A stretch of 64,000 nt of DNA from Ginglymostoma cirratum (lineage: Eukaryota): positions 959,221-1,023,220 of the forward strand of contig JAHRHZ010000048.1 in assembly GCA_024137785.1 (NCBI GenBank), read 5' to 3'. Position 1 is the first letter of the stretch; every line of letters begins with the position of its first letter. The notes beneath the pieces are model-generated. The model was not told where the DNA came from. It searched no databases and saw only the letters and a list, made by a program, of their open reading frames with translations. Made by a program: the position numbers and the translations under genes. Shown here one piece after another: positions 42,501-54,500 of the stretch.

Positions 42501-45500
42501 TTGGCTAGGTGTAAGAAGACACAGGGTGGTGGTTGATGGGAAATGTTCATCCTGGAGTTCAGTTACTAGTGGTGTACTGCAAGGATCTGTTTTGGGGCCA
42601 TTGCTGTTTGTCATTTTTATAAATGACCTGGATGAGGGCATAGAAGGATGGGTTAGTAAATTTGCGGATGACACGAAAGTCGGTGGACTTCTGGATAGTG
42701 CAGAAGGATGTTGCAGGTTACAGAGGGACATAGATAAGATGCAGAGCTGGGCTGAGAGGTGGCAAATGGAGTTTAATGCGGAAAAGTGTGAGGTGATTCA
42801 CTTTGGAAGGAGTAACAGGAATACAGAGTACTGGGCTAATGGTAAGATTCTTGGTAGTGTGGAGGAGCAGAGAGATCTCGGCGTCCATGTGCATAGATCC
42901 CTGAAAGTTGCCACCCAGGTTGATAGGGTTGTTAAGAAGGCGTACGGTGTGTTAGGTTTTATTGGTAGAGGGATTGAGTTTCGGAGCCGTGAGGTCATGT
43001 TGCAGCTGTACGAAACTCTGGTGCGGCCGCACTTGGAGTACTGCGTGCAGTTCTGGTCACCGCACTATCAGAAGGATATGGAAGCATTGGAAAGGGTGCA
43101 GAGGAGATTTACCAGGATGTTGCCTGGTATGGAGGGAAGGTCTTATGAGGAAAGGCTGAGGGACTTGAGGCTGTTTTCGTTAGAGAGAAGAAGGTTAAGA
43201 GGTGACTTAATAGAGACATACAAGATGATCAGAGGATTAGATAGGGTGGACAGTGAGAGCCTTTTTCCTCAGATGGTGACGGCTAGCACAACGGGACATA
43301 GCTTTAAATTTAGGGGTGATAGATATAGGACAGATGTCAGAGGTAGATTCTTTACTCAGAGAGTAGTCAGGGCATGGAATGCCTTGCCTGCAGCAGTTGT
43401 AAACTCGCCAACTTTAAGGGCATTTACATGGTCGTTGGATAAACATATGGATGATAATGGAATAGTGTAGGTTAGATGGGCTTCAGATTGGTTTCACAGG
43501 TTGGCGCAACATCGAGGGCCGAAGGGCCTGTACTGCGCTGTAATGTTCTATGTTCTATTAAGGCTGCTATTCCACCTTCTTTTCCCTTTTGCCTCTCCTT
43601 CCTAAATGTTGAATATCATTTGGTGGTCAGTTCCCAACCTTGGTAACTATGTAGCCACTTCTCTAATGGCAATTAATTCATACACATTTACTTCAATTTG
43701 TGCCTTCAAATCAACAACGTTATCACAAATCTAACAGACATTCAACTAAAATTAATTTAAATTTGCCTTTTTAACAGTTTTCTCCTTTCTGATCTTATTT
43801 GATACTTGCCTATGCTTCATCTTTCATCTAATTTCACTTACTACTACTTTTCTAATTCTTGTTATAAGTTTTAATTCCCTCCAATCTGAGCTTTTTCTCA
43901 CATTCCGATCAATTACCAGTCCAGTTGAATCTTCCCAACAGCATTCGCAAATGTCTCTGCAAGGATATTAATCCCAGCCCTGCTAAGGTGTAACCCACCT
44001 ATTTTATGCACTTGCATCAGAACCAGTATTAATGCCTCAGAAATCCAATACCTTCTCTCCTACACCAATTTTCCAAACACATGTTCAACTTCTCAATTGC
44101 CCAATCCTATGCTCTCTAGCATGTGGCTCAAGCAGTAATCTCAAGATTATTTCTAATGAGGTCCTGCCTTTGAATCTTCTTCCTAGTTGCTTAAATCCTT
44201 AAATTTCAGGACATCATCCCTGTTCCTACACAAGTCATTGGTACCAATGTGGATCATGACCTCTGGCTGTTCATCCTTCCTGAGAAGAATTCCTGCTGTT
44301 GAATGCCTACAGTTTACTGTAAACTCACCAGCAGTGGTCAATATAAGCTTTGGAATTCCGACTGCTCCATGTGCCATAAAGTTGGCCTCAATTTTGTCCA
44401 TTTGCTCACCATGTAAGCTTGATGCTAAAGTTGAGCACAACAATGTTATCCAGTGGGATAATGGCTATTCAATTAAATTATGGCTTGCTATGAATTATGT
44501 ATACTCATGAATACAACAAATGTACCCTTGAAGGCTAAGATGGCTCAAATATTTCAGCAATATGTACAGCTAGCCATTTCTTGGAGTAATAACACAAGTA
44601 GCAATATTCATGAACAGGATGCCGTCGTTAGGCCAATAATAACTTCTGCTTACCACAAACTGAGTAATACCAGGTACATGGGCCATACATTGCAACAACT
44701 AGCAGATCATATCAAATGCCTATTCCTTTACCTGTTCACAATAGACAAATACTCAACCAACTTGTGATACTCAGAATGTAATGTCTAAAGAATTGCAATT
44801 CTATGGTGGACATCACTTGTTGAACATCCTGAGTGCGCAAAGATTTACACTAACAATTAATTTACCATTACTAGCCAGGCTTGCAATATGTCTCACATTT
44901 GCCAGATTTATATATATTCATATGCAGGAACCAGTCTTATGCTTAAAAAAGTAACATGCCAATGTCATGTGCCTTTTTTGGCATAAACAAAAGTATAGGA
45001 GAAAACAACTCTGTAGTGTATGCTCCATGGCAATGCCTTGACTCTGATCGGTCAATCTGTCCTCCGATCAGTACACTTTTCTCATGCAGTGTGGATTACA
45101 TTCTTGCATCTGTCCTAAAAGGGGTAAAACGAAAAGCTTAGACAGCATGTATCATTTTTAAGCAAAACTCAAGCTCTATACTACCAAACAACTATTAGTT
45201 ATGGATTTCCTGAGCACAGTATTTAAAACTTGTTGCTATTGCAGACTCCCACCCCAGCCCCACCAACCTTTTGTTCAGTTTAAATACATTCCTCCAGAAC
45301 TCTGCACAACTGTGCTTACCAAAGGACAGGCCCAAGGTTCAGGAAAATCCTTGAGTGTATTTTGAGATGCTTTCAACCTACTGAGGGCCTTGCAGCAGTG
45401 CAGGAACGTAAAGGGTAAAAGCTGAAGTTTATTGTCAGAAACATCAATCTCCTGGAGTTTTCTCAATCCAATCCAATTTGTTGCTGGAGGCAAAGGAATC

Positions 45501-48500
45501 AATTAAAAACCAATCACACAGTGTAAAAAGAAAAACAATTTGGGATGTTTTCTATAATTAAGATTGCTATACCTTTTTCCTCATCAAATAACATTTCCAG
45601 CAAATTGGCGTAAGCTGTGAGTTTCTCAAGCTTTGGTAGATGTAAGAAGCCAGTGGGCAGGCAGCTCAGTTGGTTCCTTGACACATCAATTTCCAGAATA
45701 CTGCAGAAGTATAACATAATCCTGTTAACTGAATGTTTGACACTGCACTGAAACATTTTTTCAGCAAATTTTCTACTTGTCAAGACCCTCAGAACCTTGT
45801 ATGTTTTAATAAGATCATCTCTTATTCTTCTAAAACTTTAGTGAATAAAAGCTTAACCTGCTTAGCCATTTTTGATGAGTCAATGCCTTTATCTCAGAAA
45901 TCAGCCTAGCGAATCTCTTTTGAATGGCTTCCAACACCAGTGTATGTTTTTTTGAAAATACAGGACCAAGTCTGTCCACAGTGCTCCAGGTACGGCCTCA
46001 CCAACATCCTGTACAATTATAATAAGAAGTTCCTTCTTTTTAAACTCCGATCCCCAGTAATAAAGGCCAAAATCCATTTGGCTTCTTAATTACTTGCTGA
46101 ACAGCATGGTAACGTTTCATGTTTCACCCCCTGCACTGCACTGTTTGGCGTCAATTATCATTTAAATAATGGTCTAACTTTTGAGTCTTCCAGTCAAAGT
46201 ACACGACCACACACTAAGTTCTATCTGTAAAGTTTCCGCCCATTCACTTCACCTAGCTGCGTCTCCCCTTGCAGATTTCTCATATTCTCATCATAACATG
46301 CCCTCCTATTGTCTGCAGATTCAAATACATTATAATCTGAACCTCTAGATCATTAATATAGATAGAAATCATTGATGCCCTAGAACCAATCCCTGTGGCA
46401 CACCATGAGTTGTGCTTTTCCAACCTAATAAAGACACAGCAATTCTGACTCTGTCAAGCAACTTTCAATCCATGCTCAAACATAATCCCTAATACTATGA
46501 GCGTTTATTTGTGCGCCTAATCTGAAAATTGCAGTTTTCCAATCTGCTGGAATCTTCCTGGAACCTAGTGAGTTCTAAACTATTTCAATGAATGCAGCAG
46601 CCATCTCTGTGGCACCTTATTTATAAAACGCTGGATGAAGACCATCAGGTCCTGGTAACTTCTGTCTCAAGTCCCATTAGTTTGGCAAATACTTTGTCCC
46701 GCATGATCGAGCTTGTTACAAGAACTTTCCTCCCATAAGCACCTTGCTTATCTATTATCTTAAAGATGCTTAAATTATCTGAAATGTTCCTATTCCTATT
46801 ATTAATTTCCCAGTTATAACGTCCAAGGGTCCCATACTCTAGTCCCTTTTGTGATAGTATAAACTTCACAATTTTGATACCTTCATGGATCAAAAGAACC
46901 AGTAATAACTCTTTCTGGAATAAACTGTTTCTCAAGGTGAAAGAGATGGAGAAACTTTTATAAAGGAATTAAGAGGAACATGTCAAATAGCCGTACCTGG
47001 GAAGAAGCAACTTACACAAGCCATTCCCTGGGAGAGAAGAGAAACACTGCTTCATAACCTGCTGCCTCATGACAAACAGACAATTTAAGTCTGCCTGCAG
47101 AAGTCATGTTCTGAAGTAAAGAAGTTAATTGCAAGAAAAGCTGTGTTTTAAACAGGTAGCTAACACCAATTGTAACAAGGAACAGGGGAGCTGCTTCTGA
47201 TACGGCAGTAAGTTACAGACTTGAGGTCTCCAGAAGTATAATCAATGTTGGGAATGAAAGAATCTATTGAATCATCAATTATATCACACCACAAGCTTGA
47301 AAAAGAGTGAAAATTGTATAAGAATCCAACACCAGAACAATCTAGTCGCAGAACTTCTAAGAACAACACTGCATAAGGATCAAACTCTGGACACTTCCAG
47401 TGATAAACACTGTTTGTTGGAATGCTGGCCTGATTCCATTAATTGGATAATAGCCAAGTTGAGTTGCTAGGCTTAACTTGCTTACTTGAGGGGTCTTATT
47501 TTGGTTGCTACATGCAATAAAGTTTAAAATCATTGCTTCAGTACTTTATTGTCTGTGAGATTTCTTAGTAAGTAGCAAGGTAATTTGTGATGATTCACCC
47601 GCAACAGTTTCTTTATACGTGTCAAAAGAACCTCGCACTGTTTGTTTTATATTTCTTACCAATTTACTTTTGTAATCAATTTTCTTCTTCTTTATTAGCC
47701 TTTTGGTCATCTGATGCTGGTTCTTAAAATATTCCCAATTTTCTGGCTTATTACTAGCTTTGTATGCCTTAGTTTTTGATTGGATCCTGTCCTTGACAAC
47801 CTTAGTTAACCATGGATAGTTCATCCTTTTCATCCAGTCCTTCTATTTGACTGGGATAATTTTTTGCTGAGCGTTATGAAATATCTGCTTAATGTCTGCC
47901 ATTGCTTATCCACTGATTTTCCCTTAGTCTATTTTCTCAGACCGCTTCAAACAGCTCTTTCTTCAATTCTCTGTAATTGCCCATATTTAAGTTGTTGACA
48001 CTAGTTTGAGACTCTCGAATTGAATTTGACATTCTACTATATTATGATCACTATCTGCTGGAGTATCCTTAACTATGAGAACTCCTGCCTCATTACTAGA
48101 TCTAAAATAGCCCATTCCTGGGTAGGTTCTGCAAATACTGCTTTAAGAAACACTTCCTGGTGAACACCAGAAATTCATCTTCCATGTCACTCTTGCCCAT
48201 CTTACTGGTCCAGTCAAAATGGAGATTAAAATTACGCATGGCAATTGTAGAGTTCTTCTTCGACAGCTCCGTTATTTCTCGATTTATACTTTGTCCCACA
48301 GTGAAGTAACACTTTTGGGGCCTATAAACAACTCCCACCATTAACTTCTTTCCCTTGCACCTATATCATTACTCATCGTTACACTGAGGCCTTCCTTTAT
48401 TAACACAGCTACCTTACTACCCTTTTATTTTTGCTTCTTCTATTGGAATATCAAATACCCTTGAATATTCAAGTTGCCAGTCTTTAGAGACCATGTCTCT

Positions 48501-51500
48501 AACAGCTGTTAAGTCATATTAATTTATTTCTATCTTGCTACAAATGCTGCAAGCATTCAGAAGAAGAGCCTTAAAGCTTTGATTTTGTACCATTATTCTC
48601 CTCTCTGGGTCTAATTTAAGCTGCACATATATTTGACACACCTCTGTTCTCTTGTTTCTTTATTTTTTTAAAACTTCCCTTCAATTGAACCCTCTCTCCT
48701 CAGTGATTATTTTAAACTCTCCTCTTCACACAGACCTTATGAGTATTCGCAGTTTCATCATGTCAGATTCCCAGCTGCTGCAGTATTTACTAGTTTAGCA
48801 GCCTCTGTTTTCATCTCTTCATTTACCTCAACTTTCTTTAACCCCAAACTCACTGCACACACAAATTAGACTGAACAAGACCCCTGAAATAACGCTTCTG
48901 ATTTGTCACCTACCCTAAGCAAAGTATTTCTTCTGAAGAGGTCACATTGGGCAGGTCCTTCAGCTGATTTGCAGACAAGTTGAGTTTTTTCAGATGCACT
49001 AATCCCCAAGGAATAACCGAAGGAAGGAAAGTGAGACTGTTCCTACACAAATCAAGCTCTGTTATTCGATTGGAAACATCAATGAACCAGTCCAACTCTA
49101 ACCAGGGCAGCTTCAGGCACGACCACTTCAGTGACAGGCCCTGTAGTTTAAACACAAGTAGAAGAGAGCATTACAGTACGGAAGGAGGTCATCTACTCCC
49201 ATTAGTCCCACTCCCATTTTTTCCAGCATATCCCTTGCAAATGTTTATATTCCAAGTATAGATCCAATCACCATTTGAAAGTTATTAATCTGCTTTCACC
49301 ACTTTCACTAGGCAATGCATTCCTGACCACAACACCACAAAATTTAATCAAGAAAAGCCTAACAATGTACAAAATAAATGTTTGTCATCTCACGGCTGAC
49401 TTTTTTTTTGCCTGCAATGTTGTGTCTGTGTCCTCTAGTTACTGGACCTTTATATAAGGTTTGTGCTTCTTTTTAAAAGTACCATGTCACTAACACAGTT
49501 TTCAAGAAATTCTGAACAGATGGTTTCATGTAAGCTTTAGAAATATTGGGGTAATTTTAATCCATTTTCAAAATTAACTGCATCTACGTGTATTAAAAGA
49601 AACCAGGGAAGTGGCCTGAGATAACAAGGTGTAGAGCTGGATGAACACAGCAGGCCAAGCAGCATCAGAGGAGCAGGAAGGCTGACGTTTCGGGCCTAGA
49701 CTCTTCTTCAGAAAGGGAAGTAGTCTTATCACATTTATAAAGAATTGGTGTCAGAAAACCAGTGACCAGCAAACATGTTTCCAACGTTTATGAAGGCAGA
49801 AAGAACAAAGTCCAGGGAGTTGTAGATCCACTAAGCTGACATCCATGCTGGATAAAGCACCACAGATTGCAGCACTGAAGCCGCAAAAAATCTTTCCAAA
49901 AACTGTTGAATGTACACAAAAACAAAAATTGCAATTCAAATTAAGTCAAACTGACATGATTTATTGAATGAATTAATCCTACAAAATAATTTTAATCATA
50001 AACAAAAAGTTTTAAAAACACATCAGATTCATTGTTTTGGAGTAGATCTGTAGCATGGGTTGTGGGTGTTGAGGTTGGTTGGCTCGCCGAGCTGGTTTGT
50101 TGTTCCACAGAGCTGGTTTGTTGTTTTGTTACCGTGCTTGGTAACATCCTCAGTGCAGCCTCTGACGAAGCATCGGTGCATTTTCCCACCTGGTTTTTAA
50201 ACTCTGGGGTCCGTTGCAATGGATTGCCTCACTTCCAGGTTTCCTCTGTAGTGGAACGTATATGGGGTTGAGTTCAATGGGTTTATTAATAGCCTGTTTT
50301 GTGGAGTGCCATGCTTCCAGGAATTCTCGTGCTTGTCTCTGCCTAGCCTGTCCCAGGATCTTGGTGTTGTCCCAGTCAAAGTCGTGGTCCTCCTTGTCCA
50401 TGTGGATTAAGATGAGTCAGTATTGGTCATGTCTTTTTGTAGCCAGTTGGTGTTCATGTACTTTTGTTGTTAGTTTCCTTCCTGTTTGTCCGATGTAGTG
50501 TTTCTCGCAGTCTCTGCAGGGGATCTTGTAGATAACATTGGTCCTGTCCATGGTGGGGAGTGGGTCTTTAGTTCGGGTGAGCACTTGTAGAGTTGATGTG
50601 GACTTATGTGCCACTCTGATGCCCAGCAGTCGTAGAAGTCTTGTGGCGAATTCTGATGTGTTCCTGATGTGGGGTAGTGTGATGAGTGTGTCGGGGCGTG
50701 TAGAGTCTTTCTGATGCTGTTCCCGTAGGCATCTCCTAACCCAGTTCTTTGGATATCCATTATCCTTGAACACTTGGAAGAGGTATTTCTCCTCGTCTTG
50801 GCATAGTTCCGTGTTGCTGCCCTTTTAAATAGTGTTTGCACGTAGCTTCGTTTGTGTGTGCTGGGATGGTTACTATTGAAGTTCAATACCTGGTCTGTGT
50901 GTATGGCTTTCCGGTGTTCTTTCGTTTGCAGTTCCCCATTTGTCTAGCGCTCTACCATGACGACCAGGAGTGGGAGTTGTTTGTTCTTCTTCTCCTCTCT
51001 GGTGAATTTTATTCCGGTGAGGGTGTTGTTTATGAGTTTGTCCGTCTCTTCTAATTTGGTCCGTTTAATGATGACAAAGGTGTCATCTATGTAGCGCATC
51101 CGTAGCTTAGGCTGGATTTGCGGAAGGGCAGTCTTTGCATCACTGCTTCTACTAGGAGTCTGGAGACAGGCGATCCCATGGGTGTCCCGTTGATTTGCTC
51201 GTATGTTTGGCCGTTGAAGGTGAAGTGGGTGGTCAGGCACAGGTCCAGTAGTTTAAGCATTGTGTCCTTGGAGATGGTTTCATTGTGAAGTGTGAAGTAC
51301 AAGCCACCCATCAACAACCCACAAGCCCGGAAAACGGCAGAACAAAACGGCCGCAAGATAGTAAAGGTAATGATAAACGACACATACAACCACCTCCACA
51401 AATACAACAGAGAAATTACGCGCCAAAAAACGTTATTCCAGGAAGCTACCAATCAAGACTGGACAACCGACATGGAACGAGCCATTAACATCAGCCGACA

Positions 51501-54500
51501 GACCACAAAAGCCAAGAAAAGACAGACCCTGCAAGACAAGCTAACCAGACTTACCCACAAAAACAACAACAGAACTGACACATGGATAAGGAACCTCTTC
51601 AACAGGAAACTGACAGGACGCGGAAAAAGCCGTTCTCACCCGGGGACTGAACTACAACTACAGGGACGCCAACAAAACAGAATTGCTAGCTACACTGGAA
51701 GCCACAGTCAAGACCAACAATATCAACAAAGAAACACAACAAACTATAAGATAGACAGTAGTCCCGACACTAACCAGAAAGAGGGAACTCAACGTCCTCA
51801 ACACACAGGAAAGACAAGCCCTGGACACATTAAAGAAGGACAAGAACACCACGATACTACCTGCAGGCTAGGCAGAGACAAGCATGAGAATTCCTGGAAG
51901 CATGGCATTCCACGAAGCATACTATTAAACACATTGAACTCGACCCCATATACATTCCACTACAGAGGAAACCCGGAAGTGAAGCAATCCATTGCAACAG
52001 ACCCCAGAGTTTAAAAACCAGGTGGGAAAACACCCCGACACTTCATCAGAGGCTGCACTGAGGATGTTACCAAGCACGGTAACGAAACATCTGCGGAACA
52101 ACAAACCAGCTCGGCAAGCCAACCAACCTCAAAGTTCATTGTCTTTAGCATCTGATATCACTTTAGCTATGGCATCATCATAAAGATCCCACTCTGGATC
52201 AGGCTTAGTGCTGTTTATTTTAGAATCAATTCTGCAGAGTAAATCATCTACTCCATACATTTAGTTTGATTTGAATTTTTATTGTCACATATACCCAATT
52301 ACAGTGAAAAGTTTTGTTTTGCATGCAGTGCAGGCAGATCATAATATACAAAGATTGAACAGAGCAAGGAATACAATGTTATGACTGCAAAGAAGGTGCA
52401 CAAAAAGCAAGATCAACATTAGATTTGAAGTTTGAGAGGTCCATTCAGAAGTCTAATTACAGTAGGGAAGATGATGTTCTTGAACCTGTTGGTAAGTTTT
52501 TAAGCTTTTTTATCCTCTGCCTGATGGAAGAGATTATAACCGGGCTGGGAGCAGTCTTTGATATTGGCTGCCTTTCCGCGGCAACCAGAAGTGTAGACGG
52601 AGTCAATGGATAGGAGGTTGGCTTGTATGATGGTTTGGGCTGTGTTCACAACTTTCTGTAGTTTCTTATGGTCCTGGGCAGAGCAGTGCCATACCAAGCT
52701 GTGATGCACTCAGATAGAATGCTTTCTATGGTGTATCTGTGAAAGTTGGTGAGGTTTCTTTTGGAAATGCCGAATTTTCCTGAGCTTCCTAAGGAAGAGG
52801 AGGTGTTGTTGTGCCTTCTTGACTGTTGTATCAACGTGGGTGGTCCAGGACAGATTGTTGGTGATTGGCACTCCCGGGAACTTGACACTCTTGACCATCT
52901 CCATCTCAGTTCCATTGATGTAGATAGGGACGTGCCCTCCACCCTGCTTCCTGAAGTCAATGATCAGCTCTTTAGTTTCATTGACTTGGACTCTCTACAT
53001 ATTTGAACTCTGTCATGACAGTTTGTTTTTCTTTATTTATTCATGGGATAGATGTCTTATTTATTTTTCTTTATTTACTCATGGGATAGATGTTTTACCC
53101 ATCTGTAGCCACACAGGGAAGGTTGTGGTGAGCTGCCTTCTTGAACTGCTGCAGTCTGTGAGATGCAGATAGACCAACCATGCTGCTGTGGAAGGAAGAC
53201 TCAAGAACCTTAGAAAGCCAAGATTTTGACCCAGTGACAGTGAAGCAATGCATTTCCAAGTCAACATGAGGAGTGCCTTGGAGGGGAACTTGCAATTGGT
53301 GGCATTCCCATATACCTGCTGCCTTTGACCCTCTAGATGATAGAGGGCAGAATTTAGAATGAACTGTTCACGAACCAAGGCAGTACGTATTGTAGATGGT
53401 ACACACTATGCATCAGTACTGAAGGCAGTGAATATTGAAGGTGGCGCATATGGCACCAATCAAATGAGCTTTGTCTCTTTGGCATTGAGATTTTTGAGTG
53501 TTGTTGGAGCTGCACACATCCAGGAAAGCTGAGAATATTCCATCACACTTTTGGCTTGTGCCTTGTAAGTGGTGAACAAGCTTGGTCCATGGAATTTCAC
53601 CCATGTTGTTGATGCAGCGTAGTGGATATCCACATTTCTGCCACTGTATTATTGCTGGAAACTGGTTAATTTTGATGGATAGTCTTCTGATAGTCTGTTA
53701 CCAATCTCTGGCTTCTGCTGCAATACAAGATGTTTTTGTTCCATATAGCAGCTACACCAACTAGCTGCTGCTCTGAAATCGTTGCTGTACTTTGGTCTCA
53801 ACTGGACCACTTAATTGCATATGCACCCACTGCATTTTTGAGCAATTTTTATCAATTATGTTGGTGCAGGCTCGATGAGCCCAAGGGCCTTTTCTGCACT
53901 ATGAACCTATGGAATTGGTAAAAGCCAAATTTATGAACTTGAGAGGTGATCAGGCAAAAGCAGACTGGATATGTCTACTTGAAAAATGATAAAAATCAGT
54001 TACAAATTAGTAGGAGGAATTTAAAAGTGAGATTCTAAAGGAGCAGAGTAGACAAATCTGCCAAATTCAGAACCCTTAGACATCCAGAAGCATACAATAA
54101 AGCAGAAAAAGAGAGTTTGTGACTGTCACAAAAAATATACTTTTGAAAGCCTAAAAGGAGTGTAAGAAGTACAGGAGTGAAGTAAAAAAGAAATTAGGGA
54201 AGGGGAAGATATGTTGCATTGTCGGGTAAAATCAATGAAAACCCAAAGAGGATTTATCAGCACACTGAGAACAGGAAGATAACTTAAGAAAGGATAGCAC
54301 TCATCAGAGATGTGCATAATAACTTGTATGTGAATGTGAAGGATGTGGACAAGGCTTCTAACGAGTATTTTGCCTGCCTTCCCGAAAGATAGGGATGATA
54401 CAAACTAGTTCAAGAGGAAGATTTTTTATAAAAATGTTTCCTTGTGGGACGTGGGCATCATTGCGTTGTCTGCAATTATTGCCCGCCCCTAGTGTGAAAT

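Larger units (their letters stand above)
38860..44290 (-). mobile_element. Old antisense CR1 LINE, interrupted by the young CR1
   Basis: ORF1 esterase remnant [12 protein letters not shown] (44183..44443); endonuclease remnants VVYSPANSS and GKEGGIAAL; RT remnant ANVTPLFRK (39002..39202). Confidence 0.75.

Noticed and set aside
51292-52014. 240-aa ORF as an independent gene
   Set aside because: It is a frameshifted, internally deleted Penelope ORF fragment.
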